Counted from the first letter of the stretch, positions 1-10,091 are shown. The stretch: 64,000 nt of DNA from Patescibacteria group bacterium (GCA_041660605.1 JBAZWB010000002.1:239940-303939); one strand, 5' to 3'. A program made the numbers and translations. Notes: generated by a model not told the origin, from the letters alone.

Positions 1-235
1 CGAGGGCATCTCTAATTTTCTTAACAATGTCGAACAGGCTAAAGCTATCATGGTCCTGCGGGAAAAATCCGATGGCACCATTAAAGGCAGCCTGCGTACC
101 ACGCAACCGGACATTGATGTTTCTAAAATCGCCAAATTTTTTGGCGGTGGCGGGCACAAAAAAGCCGCCGGCTTCACTGTCAAAGGAAAACTCAAGGAAA
201 CTGACAGTGGCTGGCAGGTGATACCGGCAAAATAA
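1..235 (+). CDS. DHH/DHHA1 family phosphoesterase (NrnA-like), 3' part only
   Basis: C-terminal KGSLRT...FGGGGHKKAAGF is the DHHA1 signature; truncated by the window start. Confidence 0.85.
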   Translation, partial: EGISNFLNNVEQAKAIMVLREKSDGTIKGSLRTTQPDIDVSKIAKFFGGGGHKKAAGFTVKGKLKETDSGWQVIPAK

Positions 236-250
236 TTTATGTACTTAATT

Positions 251-337
251 GCAGCCTGCGTACCACTCAGCCGGATATTGGTGTATCAAAAAAATCCAAA
301 TACTTCAGTGACAGCAGGCACAAAAAATAGCCGGGCT
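251..337 (+). pseudogene. Degenerate second copy of the DHHA1 gene 3' end
   Basis: Aligns without gaps to 87-173; many synonymous differences plus an in-frame stop. Confidence 0.7.
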
Positions 338-366
338 AATACCGAACGCTATTAAATTTTATATTA

Positions 367-951
367 TTAACTCAATATTCGTAAAATAACGAAAAAAAGA
401 CAACCAAGAATAATGCCATTGGCTAATTGCCAAACATTATGTTTTTTTAATACCAATCTAGACCAGAACGCCAGGGGAATAAGTACAAATACCCATGAAT
501 AGCTCCAGCCGTATAAATAAATTAGTAAAAATCCTATTATTGTTGCGGCTAAAGTGTGATTGCTGGTTTTCCAAAATAAATTAATTATCAGGACTAACGC
601 GCCGGTAATAATAGCACTGATAAAAATTATAATAATCAAGCGAGGACCAGCTAAAGCCCAGGTAAAAATTAATGCTAAAATCCAGCAAAACAGAATAATC
701 AGTATTATTGGCGTGCGCTCCTCCCTATTGGAAAAATCGAGGTCAGATACCTTGCCCTTTTTCAGCCAAAATAAGAGAATACAAAAAGGCAAAACGCCGG
801 CGATGATTAATAAACCAACAATCCAAATAATACGATTGCTGCCACTGAAGTAGGGCGAGAAAACAATAAGTGCGCCTATTGGCATGATCCAAAAAACCAA
901 ATCAAAAAAACGAGAAACAAGATAGGCGATTTTAAAATTTAATGATTGCAT
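367..951 (-). CDS. Integral membrane protein, PAP2-like
   Basis: Several hydrophobic helices; KTSNH and WSRLVLKKH motifs resemble PAP2 C2/C3; start uncertain (951 or 978). Confidence 0.6.
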   Translation of the reverse strand: MQSLNFKIAYLVSRFFDLVFWIMPIGALIVFSPYFSGSNRIIWIVGLLIIAGVLPFCILLFWLKKGKVSDLDFSNREERTPIILIILFCWILALIFTWALAGPRLIIIIFISAIITGALVLIINLFWKTSNHTLAATIIGFLLIYLYGWSYSWVFVLIPLAFWSRLVLKKHNVWQLANGIILGCLFFVILRILS

Positions 952-1153
952 ATTAATTTTATGCCTCACAGTGAACATCTGCTTATCAATTGCCGCAATT
1001 ACCGAATATTTTTTGAGTTTCCAGCTGATTTATTGTATCAATATTAAATGGATGACACAATGGTCGAATTTGATAAAGAATATTATTTAATGAAAATAAA
1101 AAAGGATGAATTTGCCACTCATCCTTTGCCTATCCTGATTAACACACCTCGTG

Positions 1154-2140
1154 TCATAGATTGATTGGATAATATTTTTCGCCATAGACGACCGTATTCT
1201 CTGTCATGATCCCCTCGAAAGTCTGAGACCATACGTTTCCAATGGGCAACAACATGTTCTCTCGCTTCACATAAATGTCTCCCCGAATCCCTAAGTAAAT
1301 CGTATGATGTGCGGATCTTCTGTTGAACGAGAAGAAATCGCCGACTAGATTTGTCTGAAGAAAAATCGGCCAAGTCATGGTTTTCATACGTAATTGCGCC
1401 AATCGGCTGATTATCTCATTATCCGTAACTTCACAATCCTTATGCGCTTCATCTGTGGCACAGTACTTAACCAGAGCTACGTACTTGAATCCTTGGTTGC
1501 TCAAATGAGAAATAAAATCGGTACTAAGGACTTCATCAATATTCTCTCTCCTAACGGTTATGGAGGCGCCAAATATTCTTTTGAGCTGATTTAACTGACT
1601 GGCGGCTTGCATAACGTTTTTGTAACTACCCCTGCCCCTTATCCCATCATTTGTTTCTTCAAAACCGTCAAAGCTCAGTAGAACCCCAACATTTGGTGCA
1701 TTTATGAATTGGGAAGCGCCATGTCGTGCGATATCATAACCATTAGTGCAAATAATGAAAGTAAGATCACGATTTTGTGACGCAACCTTTAGAATCAATG
1801 GTATTGTGTCTTCCCTCATTGGCTCACCTCCCATGTAGCCATATAAGCGAATACCGTATTTTCGAGTCTGTGTTAATGTCAGAGACAATAGATCTTCTTC
1901 TATGACTGTTCTATCTTTTCTTAGTTCGACGGGGACATAACAGTCTTTACATCTCCAGGGACAATAGGTGGTAATTTCAATACCAAGAATATCCGGTTGC
2001 GTTTCCTCTTTGATCCTCAATATATTTTTTGTTCTACGGATAATGTGGTTTTTCAAAAAAATATATAGAGAACCCGGTGCAAACTCCCGACAAGATCTAA
2101 TAAACAATCTTGCTGCTCCGATAAATTGTTTAATGTGCAT
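1154..2140 (-). CDS. Radical SAM protein
   Basis: CPWRCKDC (CxxxCxxC), GGEP, TNG and SFDG motifs; no SPASM cysteine cluster visible. Confidence 0.85.
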   Translation of the reverse strand: MHIKQFIGAARLFIRSCREFAPGSLYIFLKNHIIRRTKNILRIKEETQPDILGIEITTYCPWRCKDCYVPVELRKDRTVIEEDLLSLTLTQTRKYGIRLYGYMGGEPMREDTIPLILKVASQNRDLTFIICTNGYDIARHGASQFINAPNVGVLLSFDGFEETNDGIRGRGSYKNVMQAASQLNQLKRIFGASITVRRENIDEVLSTDFISHLSNQGFKYVALVKYCATDEAHKDCEVTDNEIISRLAQLRMKTMTWPIFLQTNLVGDFFSFNRRSAHHTIYLGIRGDIYVKRENMLLPIGNVWSQTFEGIMTENTVVYGEKYYPINL

Positions 2141-2229
2141 TTATATCTCCTGTATGCTTTCCAATTTTTATTTTATCCAATTATACAATATTAGTTAAAA
2201 ACTAATTATATGTCAACCTAACTACGCAG

Positions 2230-2257
2230 TTGACAAATCCCCCAAACCCATTATAAT
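2230..2257 (+). promoter_or_regulatory. Sigma70-type promoter of clpP
   Basis: TTGACA-N16-TATAAT. Confidence 0.7.
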
Positions 2258-2293
2258 GTTAAATACTATTTAATTAACTAAAACTTTCGATAA

Positions 2294-2872
2294 ATGCAGC
2301 TAATTCCCACAGTCATTGAGAAATCAAATTTCGGCGAACGCGCCTATGACATCTATTCTCGACTACTTAAAGAAAGGATTATATTTCTTGGCAATCCCAT
2401 CGACGATGCGGTAGCAAATACCGTCATTGCTCAGCTTCTTTTTTTGGAATCTGAAGACAAAACCAAGGATATAAAACTTTATATCAACACTCCGGGCGGA
2501 TCTGTCACTTCTGGAATGGCCATCTACGACACTATGCAGTACGTCAAACCTGACGTGGCTACTATTTGCGTCGGTTTGGCCGCTTCCATGGGTGCAGTCA
2601 TCCTGTCAGCCGGAGCCAAAGGCAAACGTTTTGCGCTACCAAACTCTGAAATTATGCTTCACCAGGTAATGGGCGGAGCAGAAGGCCAGGCAGTGGACAT
2701 AAAAATCAGGGCGGAACACATCATAAAAATCCGCGATCGAATCAATGAAATTTTGTCCCAGCACACCGGGCAGTCTCTGGAAAAAATCAGGAAAGACACT
2801 GACCGCGACTTTTTTATGTCTCCCGTGGAAGCAAAAAAGTACGGATTAGTGGACAAAATAATCCAGAAATAA
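2294..2872 (+). CDS. clpP: ATP-dependent Clp protease proteolytic subunit
   Basis: [22 protein letters not shown] catalytic Ser, MLHQ. Confidence 0.98.
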   Translation: MQLIPTVIEKSNFGERAYDIYSRLLKERIIFLGNPIDDAVANTVIAQLLFLESEDKTKDIKLYINTPGGSVTSGMAIYDTMQYVKPDVATICVGLAASMGAVILSAGAKGKRFALPNSEIMLHQVMGGAEGQAVDIKIRAEHIIKIRDRINEILSQHTGQSLEKIRKDTDRDFFMSPVEAKKYGLVDKIIQK

Positions 2873-2972
2873 CTAAACGTAAAACCTTTTCTCTAAGTAG
2901 TCGAGGATCCGCCCAGGGCGGATATCTCGGTTTTTTCGAAACTTAACTTTTTCAATCATTAACCTAAAAAAT

Positions 2973-4505
2973 ATGGAAATTCAAAATTGGATCTGGGTCA
3001 TCATAGCAGCGGTTGGCCTGCCGGGCGGCATGCTGGTTGGCTGGTGGGGCAGGAAATTCTGGGCAGCCAAACAAATAGACACCGCCGAGGCCAAACTCAA
3101 CAACCTAATCCAGGAAACGAAGAACAAGCAAAAAGAACTGCTGATCCAGGGCAAAGACAAGGCTATGAAAATCATTGACGAGGCCAAGCTGGAAGCGCAG
3201 TCACGCCGGCAGGAAATGACTCACCTGCAGGAACGCCTGGAAAAACGCGAGAATCTTTTTGACCAAAAACTTATCAGCCTGGAAGAAAAACAGCAGAGGA
3301 TTTATGAAAAAGCCAACAGGCTTGAGGAGGCAAAAAAGGAAATTCTGCAAATCAAGGGCGAACAAATGGCCAAACTCCAAAAAATCGCCGAGCTGACCCA
3401 GGAAGAGGCAAAAAACGTCCTGCTGGAAAACACGGAAAAACAAATTAAGGAAGAGCTGGTGCATCGCATCAACAAGCTGCAGAATGAATCAAACGAAACC
3501 ATGGAAAAAGAATCCAAGGACATGCTGAGCCGGGTAATAATGAGATGCGCTACCCCGCATACGGCGGAAACCACCACCACGGTGGTCAACCTGCCGTCAG
3601 ACGAACTGAAAGGGCGCATTATCGGCCGGGAAGGCAGAAACATCAAAACCCTGGAGCAGCTGACCGGCGTGGAAATTATCGTTGACGATACGCCTGAGGC
3701 TATCATTGTTTCCGGCTTTTCTCCGATCCGCCGACACCTGGCTAAACGCGCCCTAGATAAATTAATCCAGGACGGACGCATCCACCCGGGACGGATCGAG
3801 GAAGCGGTAGAGGCGGCTAAAAAAGACCTGGCTCTGGATATTAAAAAAGCCGGGGAAGAAGCGGCCTATGAGGTCGGCATCGCCGGCATTGATCCGAAAC
3901 TATTGCAGATTGTCGGCCGGCTGAAATACCGCACCAGTTACGGGCAGAATAACCTGCGCCACTCCATTGAAGTCGCCAACCTCGCCGCTCTACTGGCCGA
4001 GGAACTGGGCGGCAATGTCGCCATTGCCAAGAAAGGCGGATTTTTCCATGACATCGGCAAGGCGATTGACCATGAAGTACAGGGCACTCATCCGGAAATA
4101 GGCAAAGACATTGCCAAAAAATTCGGCCTTTCACAGGAGATAATTAACTGCATTGCTTTCCATCACGAGGATAAACCCCCGTCTTTGGAATCGGTGATCG
4201 TGAAAATTGCCGATGCCATCTCCGGCGCGCGGCCGGGTGCCAGAAAAGACACCTATGAGGATTACCTCCAGCGGCTGACGGAATTGGAAGACCTGGCGAA
4301 ATCTTTTGACGGAGTGGAAAAAACTTATGCCATTCAGGCCGGCCGGGAAGTCAGGGTCTTCGTTATGCCGGAAAAAATTGATGATCTGCAGGCCGTCAAG
4401 CTGGCCAGGGATATTGCCAATAAAATTGAAGAGGAGCTGAAATATCCCGGCGAAATAAAGGTCAATGTCATTCGCGAAACCCGCATTACAGAATACGCAC
4501 GATAA
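2973..4505 (+). CDS. rny: Ribonuclease Y
   Basis: N-terminal TM, coiled coil, KH domain (KGRIIGREGRNI), HD domain (HDIGK), ARPGAR. Confidence 0.98.
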   Translation: MEIQNWIWVIIAAVGLPGGMLVGWWGRKFWAAKQIDTAEAKLNNLIQETKNKQKELLIQGKDKAMKIIDEAKLEAQSRRQEMTHLQERLEKRENLFDQKLISLEEKQQRIYEKANRLEEAKKEILQIKGEQMAKLQKIAELTQEEAKNVLLENTEKQIKEELVHRINKLQNESNETMEKESKDMLSRVIMRCATPHTAETTTTVVNLPSDELKGRIIGREGRNIKTLEQLTGVEIIVDDTPEAIIVSGFSPIRRHLAKRALDKLIQDGRIHPGRIEEAVEAAKKDLALDIKKAGEEAAYEVGIAGIDPKLLQIVGRLKYRTSYGQNNLRHSIEVANLAALLAEELGGNVAIAKKGGFFHDIGKAIDHEVQGTHPEIGKDIAKKFGLSQEIINCIAFHHEDKPPSLESVIVKIADAISGARPGARKDTYEDYLQRLTELEDLAKSFDGVEKTYAIQAGREVRVFVMPEKIDDLQAVKLARDIANKIEEELKYPGEIKVNVIRETRITEYAR

Positions 4506-4507
4506 AT

Positions 4508-5305
4508 ATGCTAAAAGTCTTATTCTTCGGCGATATCGTGGGCAAAGCTGGCCGCCGGGCCATTGCGAAAGTCCTGCCTGAACTGAAAAAGAAATACCAG
4601 CCGGACATTACTATTGCCAATGGAGAAAATCTGGCGCACGGCGTCGGCATTACCCAAAAAACTCTTGACGAGTGCCTGGGGTATGGCATAGACTTCTTTA
4701 CCTCCGGCAATCATATCTGGAAAAAGCCCGAGGTAGAAAAAATATTCGCCAATCCCGACGCCCCGCTGATCCGGCCGGCCAACTATCCGGAGTCCAAGCC
4801 TGGCGCTGGACAAAAAACAATTCTTGTTGGCTCGTACCCCTTGCTTATGATAAACTTAAATGGACGGGTTTTTATCGAAGAGGAATTTTCCGACCCATTT
4901 AAAAAAGTTGATGAAATATTATCCGCTCACGCTGAGCAAAACCTGGCCGGCATAATCATAGATCTGCATGCCGAGGCTACTTCGGAGAAAGTCGCTTTTG
5001 CCTGGTATGTGAACGGCCGGGTTTCCGCCGTACTGGGTACGCATACCCATATACCCACAGCTGATGAGAAAATATTATCCGGCGGTACCGCGTATATAAC
5101 AGACGTAGGTATGGTTGGCCCAAAAAATGAGGTTTTAGGGGTGGATAAGGACATAATTATCAACAATTTCACAGAAAACCAGAGGAAAGCCCATCAGATC
5201 CCGGAAAAAGGCGAATGCATAATAAATGCGGTTTTTCTAACAATAGACCCTGAAACTAAAAAAGCTGAAACAATTGAACGTATCAACGTAACAACCTCTG
5301 TCTAA
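4508..5305 (+). CDS. ymdB: YmdB-family metallophosphoesterase
   Basis: GDIVG, NGEN, TSGNH, HAEATSEK, GTHTH; usual neighbour of rny. Confidence 0.93.
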   Translation: MLKVLFFGDIVGKAGRRAIAKVLPELKKKYQPDITIANGENLAHGVGITQKTLDECLGYGIDFFTSGNHIWKKPEVEKIFANPDAPLIRPANYPESKPGAGQKTILVGSYPLLMINLNGRVFIEEEFSDPFKKVDEILSAHAEQNLAGIIIDLHAEATSEKVAFAWYVNGRVSAVLGTHTHIPTADEKILSGGTAYITDVGMVGPKNEVLGVDKDIIINNFTENQRKAHQIPEKGECIINAVFLTIDPETKKAETIERINVTTSV

Positions 5306-5348
5306 TCATTAAAGTTAATGCGAAAGCATATAGAAGGGAGGTGGAATT

Positions 5349-5636
5349 ATGAATAAAGCTGAATTAATAAACAGGATCGCGGAAAAAATCGGCGTCTCCA
5401 AAAAACAGGCCGAAGACATGATTGAAGCGTTTGAAAACATTACCATTGAAGCGCTGCAGCAAAAACAGGAAGTCACCCTGACTGGTTTTGGCACCTTCAT
5501 GGCCAAAGTGCGCACTGCCAGAGGCGGCGTCAATCCGCAGAACCCTTCTGAGAGGATCCAGATTCCCGAGGTGGTGGTTCCCAAATTCAAGGCGGGGAAA
5601 GCACTGAAGGACGCGCTCAAGAAGAAAAAAGAATAA
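5349..5636 (+). CDS. hup: DNA-binding protein HU
   Basis: MNKAELI, GFGTF, NPQ, PKFKAGKALKD. Confidence 0.96.
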   Translation: MNKAELINRIAEKIGVSKKQAEDMIEAFENITIEALQQKQEVTLTGFGTFMAKVRTARGGVNPQNPSERIQIPEVVVPKFKAGKALKDALKKKKE

Positions 5637-5759
5637 TCTACGATTTTATATATAGCAAAAAACTCTCTATAATTTTTTGAGGGTTTTTTGTTTTTTATAA
5701 TTTGACTTCCCAACCAGTTGAGGTAAAATGGGTAAAACACTGAATCAGAGGAGGAACCA

Positions 5760-6143
5760 ATGCGGATTAATAAAGTGCTTTTAATGGTTATCGTAATTTA
5801 TACCAGTGCGAGGGGAATTAATGATGGGGAGACACTGATGAAAGTTACGAATAACGAAAAAACCCCTGATATTCCGGTCGGTACGTACATTTTACTGCAA
5901 CTCACGAACTCCACGCATAAATTGCGTGGCGAACCAACTCAATGCATTCCCTTGTTTGAAGCAGCGGAAAAAATGAAAGGAACTCCGGTTCTGGCGCTGG
6001 TCAGCGGCACTCTTAGCCTACAAGGGGGAGATACCCAGATATTTTATAGCCAGCCGAAAGATCTGCTAGCCGATGACATACGGGACAGTTACCATATCAT
6101 CAATACGGATTGCATCCATTTGGATCCCCCGGCTCGGGCATAA
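5760..6143 (+). CDS. Hypothetical protein
   Basis: GAGGAGG RBS upstream and terminator-like hairpin at about 6163-6200; no recognisable motif. Confidence 0.55.
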   Translation: MRINKVLLMVIVIYTSARGINDGETLMKVTNNEKTPDIPVGTYILLQLTNSTHKLRGEPTQCIPLFEAAEKMKGTPVLALVSGTLSLQGGDTQIFYSQPKDLLADDIRDSYHIINTDCIHLDPPARA

Positions 6144-6243
6144 AACCGCAAATTTGATTACTGACGCTGTCGTCTCTCCACGGCAGCGTCTCTTTTTTTT
6201 CCTCAATATCAAAACTTCGCAGTAGACTGCGAAGAAATAAAAT

Positions 6244-6325
6244 GGGGAGAATCCCCCGACCTTCGTCGGCCGTAGCCGACTACGGTCGGCGTAGGCCGAA
6301 GTCCAAAAGACGAAGGTAGAAACGA
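6244..6325. repeat. Cluster of GC-rich palindromes (REP-like)
   Basis: Nested hairpins ccttcgtc...gacgaagg and gccgtagccgactacggt between convergent genes. Confidence 0.6.
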
Positions 6326-6341
6326 AGGATTATAGATTTTT

Positions 6342-7094
6342 CTAACCAGACTGATCCCAGAGAAATTTGAACCAGGTACGCCAGGTCTGGGCAACTTCGT
6401 GGCTGGCTAAAACAAACAGGGTAACGTCGTCAGCAAATTTTTCCGGAGACAAGCCGGTGAAAGTAACCATCCGATCGCCGAATACATCAACGGCTGAATT
6501 CGTTGAATACTCTTTGGGTAAAAAACGATACTCACCTAATAAATTGTAGGTGGGTTTTTTACTAATTAAAGGCTTCATTTCCTGGTCAAAAAGGTTAAAA
6601 ACCTTGATTTTCTTGCGTATTCTTTCTTTTTCAAACCAATCGGCGAAACTGCCGAGTGCCGGACAGCTCCAGCCACCCTTGGCGCCAAGACAGTAGACGT
6701 CCTGTCCGGCGTTTAAAATGTCGTTTAAGTAATTTTTAAAACCCTCCACGCCTTTGTAAATCACCGCGTGCTCCCTGATTTTTCGCTCCTTATATTTTTT
6801 TTCCAGTTCGGGCAAAACGGTTTCCAGCATGATCTCCTTTGACTGTATCAATTCCACGAGCTTATCCGGATCCACGCCCGCATAAGCCCCTGTCTTCTCT
6901 CCGATAATCTGAAAAATCAGACCCTTGTCAATCAAAGTGCTGATGGCGTCATAAATATTACGGCGGTTAATTTTCGTCTTATCCGCGATTTTTGAAATGC
7001 TCGTTTTGCCCAGCTCAATCACCGCCAGGTATATCTGGGATTCGCTTTTAGTCAGACCAAGGGAATTTAATTTATTTTCAATCGTCTTATCCAT
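6342..7094 (-). CDS. TrmB-family transcriptional regulator
   Basis: LGLTKSESQIYLA...INRRNIYDAISTLIDKGLI winged HTH plus C-terminal domain. Confidence 0.88.
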   Translation of the reverse strand: MDKTIENKLNSLGLTKSESQIYLAVIELGKTSISKIADKTKINRRNIYDAISTLIDKGLIFQIIGEKTGAYAGVDPDKLVELIQSKEIMLETVLPELEKKYKERKIREHAVIYKGVEGFKNYLNDILNAGQDVYCLGAKGGWSCPALGSFADWFEKERIRKKIKVFNLFDQEMKPLISKKPTYNLLGEYRFLPKEYSTNSAVDVFGDRMVTFTGLSPEKFADDVTLFVLASHEVAQTWRTWFKFLWDQSG

Positions 7095-7848
7095 GCTTTT
7101 TATCTAATGGTACGGCTGCCATCCAGATCAACTCAAACCATTTCCGGTATGAATCCGCCAAAGGCTGGCTGATAATATTAAAAATAATAATGTTTTCAAT
7201 ATTTTTTTCACTGGGCACGGGAAAGAACAGCACCCGGTTCCCGCAAATATCGCAGGAAGACAGGGTCGAGTATTCTTTGGGGAAAAAACGTATCAAGGCC
7301 GGATCGTACTGCGAATAAACGTCCTGCCCGTGATCCAGCATTTCCTGGTCAAAAAGACCGCGAATCGGAATACCGCGCTTCCGGCAGGTAGAAAAATAAA
7401 TTTTCCTCTCTTCATTAATCCTGGGATCGTGCCAGGCGCCTTTGCCGCCAATAAACAAAACCGGTCTGGCTTGTGAGGTGACGTACTTCCAGAAGTTCTT
7501 CGTACCCTCAATCCCACGAGAAATAAAAGCCTGCTCTTCGGGAAAATGCGCTGCGTAAACCTTTTTTAAATCCGGCACAAGGGTACTTATTTTCTTTTTT
7601 TGATCAGTCAGTAAATCCAACAATCTTTTTGGCTCAGCTGCCTGGAAAAAAGTTTGCCGGTATTCCTGCACGCGTATTACTAATCCCTTTTCCAATAAAT
7701 TTGCCAGAGAATCATATACATTCCGGCGGTTAACTTTGCCGGCGCTGGAGATAGCGGAAATATTTGCTTTGCCAAGGTTAACCAGGGCCTCGTAAATCTT
7801 GGCTTCATTTTTTGGGAGTCCTAATTGCTGTAATACCTCTGTAAACAT
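7087..7848 (-). CDS. TrmB-family transcriptional regulator (tandem paralog)
   Basis: LGLPKNEAKIYEAL...VNRRNVYDSLANLLEKGLV; shares GxKGxW and LFDQEM with its neighbour. Confidence 0.88.
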   Translation of the reverse strand: MFTEVLQQLGLPKNEAKIYEALVNLGKANISAISSAGKVNRRNVYDSLANLLEKGLVIRVQEYRQTFFQAAEPKRLLDLLTDQKKKISTLVPDLKKVYAAHFPEEQAFISRGIEGTKNFWKYVTSQARPVLFIGGKGAWHDPRINEERKIYFSTCRKRGIPIRGLFDQEMLDHGQDVYSQYDPALIRFFPKEYSTLSSCDICGNRVLFFPVPSEKNIENIIIFNIISQPLADSYRKWFELIWMAAVPLDKKHG

Positions 7849-8214
7849 TGAAAAAAGTTAAAAGTATTAAGTTTAATGAAAAATGTATGGAGGGAAGTCG
7901 ATAGTAATAGGTAATAACTGAAAAACCTTGAACTTTAAACTAAGGACTATACCTACTTCTTTAAACTTTCAACTTATAACAAATATCAAGTTATTTATCT
8001 AATTAATTAACAGCGATAAATAACGAACATTAGCCATAATAATAAATAAACTGCCATATAATGGTGCTATTTATCACCCTGTGGTGATATTTGCCACTCA
8101 TCAGTAATGATATAGCATGATTGGTTAACAATCAAGTTAACAATTGTTCCTTGATAGAGAGGAGCTAGAGGAGAGAGAAACCTAAACATAAACAATCCCA
8201 TCAGGAGGGAAATC

Positions 8215-8799
8215 ATGAAAAAAGCACTCATTCTACTTGTAGCCTGCCTTGCTATTGGTATTTCGGCTGGCTGGACGTCACCCATTCAAGCGGAGAATAC
8301 GCTTAACGCCAAATTGCTGCTGCACGGGGTGCAAAAAGACACATCGAGTCACTGGGGCAAGGATGGATGGTTTATCCTGCCGAATCCCGGTTCAAAAACT
8401 ACCCCAGTCGTAGCCGTAGCTGGTCCCAGATATAGCCAGTCAAATTGGTGGTTGGAATTAAACCTTGGCGTTTTTGGTAAAGAAAGCAAAGCCGAAGCGC
8501 TCCTGGACGTTCGCGCCTCATACGACCTCACTGCCAAGTGGAATGTCTGGGCCAACGTTGAATACTATGGCACCTCCAAGAACTTGTATGTCTACCTTGA
8601 TGCAACCCTTAAGCTGGGCAGCATCGGAAGAATCGGCCTGGAAACCGAGAACATGCTCTACGGCGACCATCAGGTTGATGATTACGGTTACGGCCCGCGA
8701 ATCGTCGTCCCCTTTGGCAGCCAATTCAAATTGATTGGCGCCTACCAGTTCCATCCTGGATTGGACAAGATCTGGGCCAGGGTAGTAATCGATTTCTAA
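8215..8799 (+). CDS. Secreted beta-rich protein, outer-membrane beta-barrel-like
   Basis: Signal peptide, alternating amphipathic strands rich in W/Y/F, C-terminal Phe (IWARVVIDF); AGGAGG RBS. Confidence 0.6.
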   Translation: MKKALILLVACLAIGISAGWTSPIQAENTLNAKLLLHGVQKDTSSHWGKDGWFILPNPGSKTTPVVAVAGPRYSQSNWWLELNLGVFGKESKAEALLDVRASYDLTAKWNVWANVEYYGTSKNLYVYLDATLKLGSIGRIGLETENMLYGDHQVDDYGYGPRIVVPFGSQFKLIGAYQFHPGLDKIWARVVIDF

Positions 8800-8816
8800 C
8801 TCTCCAACTCAATCCG

Positions 8817-8852
8817 GCAGAGAGATCCTAAAAACTTCTCTCTGCTCTTTTT
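8817..8852 (+). terminator. Repeated intrinsic terminator, copy 1
   Basis: GCAGAGAG...TAAAAAC...CTCTCTGC plus T-tract. Confidence 0.7.
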
Positions 8853-8926
8853 CCCTGACACTGTTTCATTAAACGGCGGCAGAGAAAAATAAAAATGGAA
8901 CACTAGACAATTTAAGGAGCAATTAG

Positions 8927-9436
8927 ATGAACGACCTGCGTGGACTCAGTGCCGCCAATAAAGTGGCAGTGGCAGAGCTAATGGAAGCTGAATTTCCCGA
9001 AAATTTAATCGTGGAGATCAGAGATGTGCTGATTAAATGCATCCGTTACGATCACTCTCAAAACCGGATTCCGTATGATGAAAGTATCTTCAGCAGTAAG
9101 ATTGGCCTTTTCGAACTGGCTCTGACGTATCAGGATGTGCTTTGTTTCTTGATGAGGATGGCGAATCATTGGGAAGCGAGATTCCCAAAAAACCTAGGAC
9201 CGGTTTTCGCCTCCCAAGCCAAAAAAGAGCTTGCCAGACAATTCCCAAAAATTAGTCCTCATAATCATATCCGGCTTGACGGCAGAGATAGCTTGAGGAA
9301 GTTCTTCGCAACCACCAGAGAACTCGGTAAAATAGTGCCATTTAATCTCAACTTAGCCGGGAATCCAAACGCCAACCTAATCCGTGTCAATATTGCTAGC
9401 TGCCTAAAAATCGACAGTAAATACGTATGTGCCTAA
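8927..9436 (+). CDS. Hypothetical protein
   Basis: AAGGAG RBS, 169 aa ORF followed by the repeated terminator. Confidence 0.6.
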   Translation: MNDLRGLSAANKVAVAELMEAEFPENLIVEIRDVLIKCIRYDHSQNRIPYDESIFSSKIGLFELALTYQDVLCFLMRMANHWEARFPKNLGPVFASQAKKELARQFPKISPHNHIRLDGRDSLRKFFATTRELGKIVPFNLNLAGNPNANLIRVNIASCLKIDSKYVCA

Positions 9437-9462
9437 CTCCTTATCCGCACCTTTGAACTCGC

Positions 9463-9493
9463 GCAGAGAGCTTAAAAACTCTCTGCCCTTTTT
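9463..9493 (+). terminator. Repeated intrinsic terminator, copy 2
   Basis: GCAGAGAG-CTTAAAAA-CTCTCTGC plus T-tract. Confidence 0.7.
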
Positions 9494-9534
9494 CCCCAGC
9501 ACTCAAATATCTTTGGGTAGCGGAGAAAAAGTAA

Positions 9535-9963
9535 ATGATAGCCCATAAGGAGGATGGAGTGGAAAAATCCAACCAACCAGCGAAGGCGCCGACGAATAGT
9601 AAATACCTTGCCCGCTTGTACCTTTTTTCGTCTACTAGCGATTTTCTGGGGGGAAAGCCCTACGCTTACGGCACATTCGTCATGTCGGGTGCCCCTAATA
9701 AAAGCTCGTACCTACCAGCCAAATTTGGGAAAGGCGGCTCGTTAGCACTTACCTTATCCATTTTTCAGGTGATTGTTGGGCTCGTTACGGACGACGAAGG
9801 AGAAGAACACCTCTTGCCAAAAATATGCTGTACCGTAAAGGAGTTTGATCATGTCGGATGGAACAGTAAACAAGCCCACGCTAGTTTACGTGAGAAATTC
9901 ATGAGCTCAATTCCAGAAACACCAGGTTGGTCAATGGGAAAACCGCCGGAGTGGAAATGGTAG
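9535..9963 (+). CDS. Hypothetical protein
   Basis: 142 aa ORF between two repeated terminators; start may be the GTG near 9559. Confidence 0.55.
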   Translation: MIAHKEDGVEKSNQPAKAPTNSKYLARLYLFSSTSDFLGGKPYAYGTFVMSGAPNKSSYLPAKFGKGGSLALTLSIFQVIVGLVTDDEGEEHLLPKICCTVKEFDHVGWNSKQAHASLREKFMSSIPETPGWSMGKPPEWKW

Positions 9964-10002
9964 GCACAATACGTTTGCGCCTATCTCCCGAACCGCACCC
10001 GC

Positions 10003-10032
10003 GCAGAGAGCCTAAAAACTCTCTGCTTTTTT
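10003..10032 (+). terminator. Repeated intrinsic terminator, copy 3
   Basis: GCAGAGAG-CCTAAAAA-CTCTCTGC plus TTTTTT. Confidence 0.7.
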
Positions 10033-10091
10033 ATTACGATAAAAAAGAGGCAGGTCTTCGTGACCCACCTCAAAAATGGAAAAATAGTTGC

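Noticed and set aside
87-337. Diversity-generating retroelement TR/VR pair
   Set aside because: Mismatches are not confined to adenines of one copy, many are synonymous, and no reverse transcriptase is in the window.
8800-10032. CRISPR array or classical integron
   Set aside because: The repeats are 500-650 bp apart and look like terminators; no cas or intI gene and no clear attC boxes are visible.
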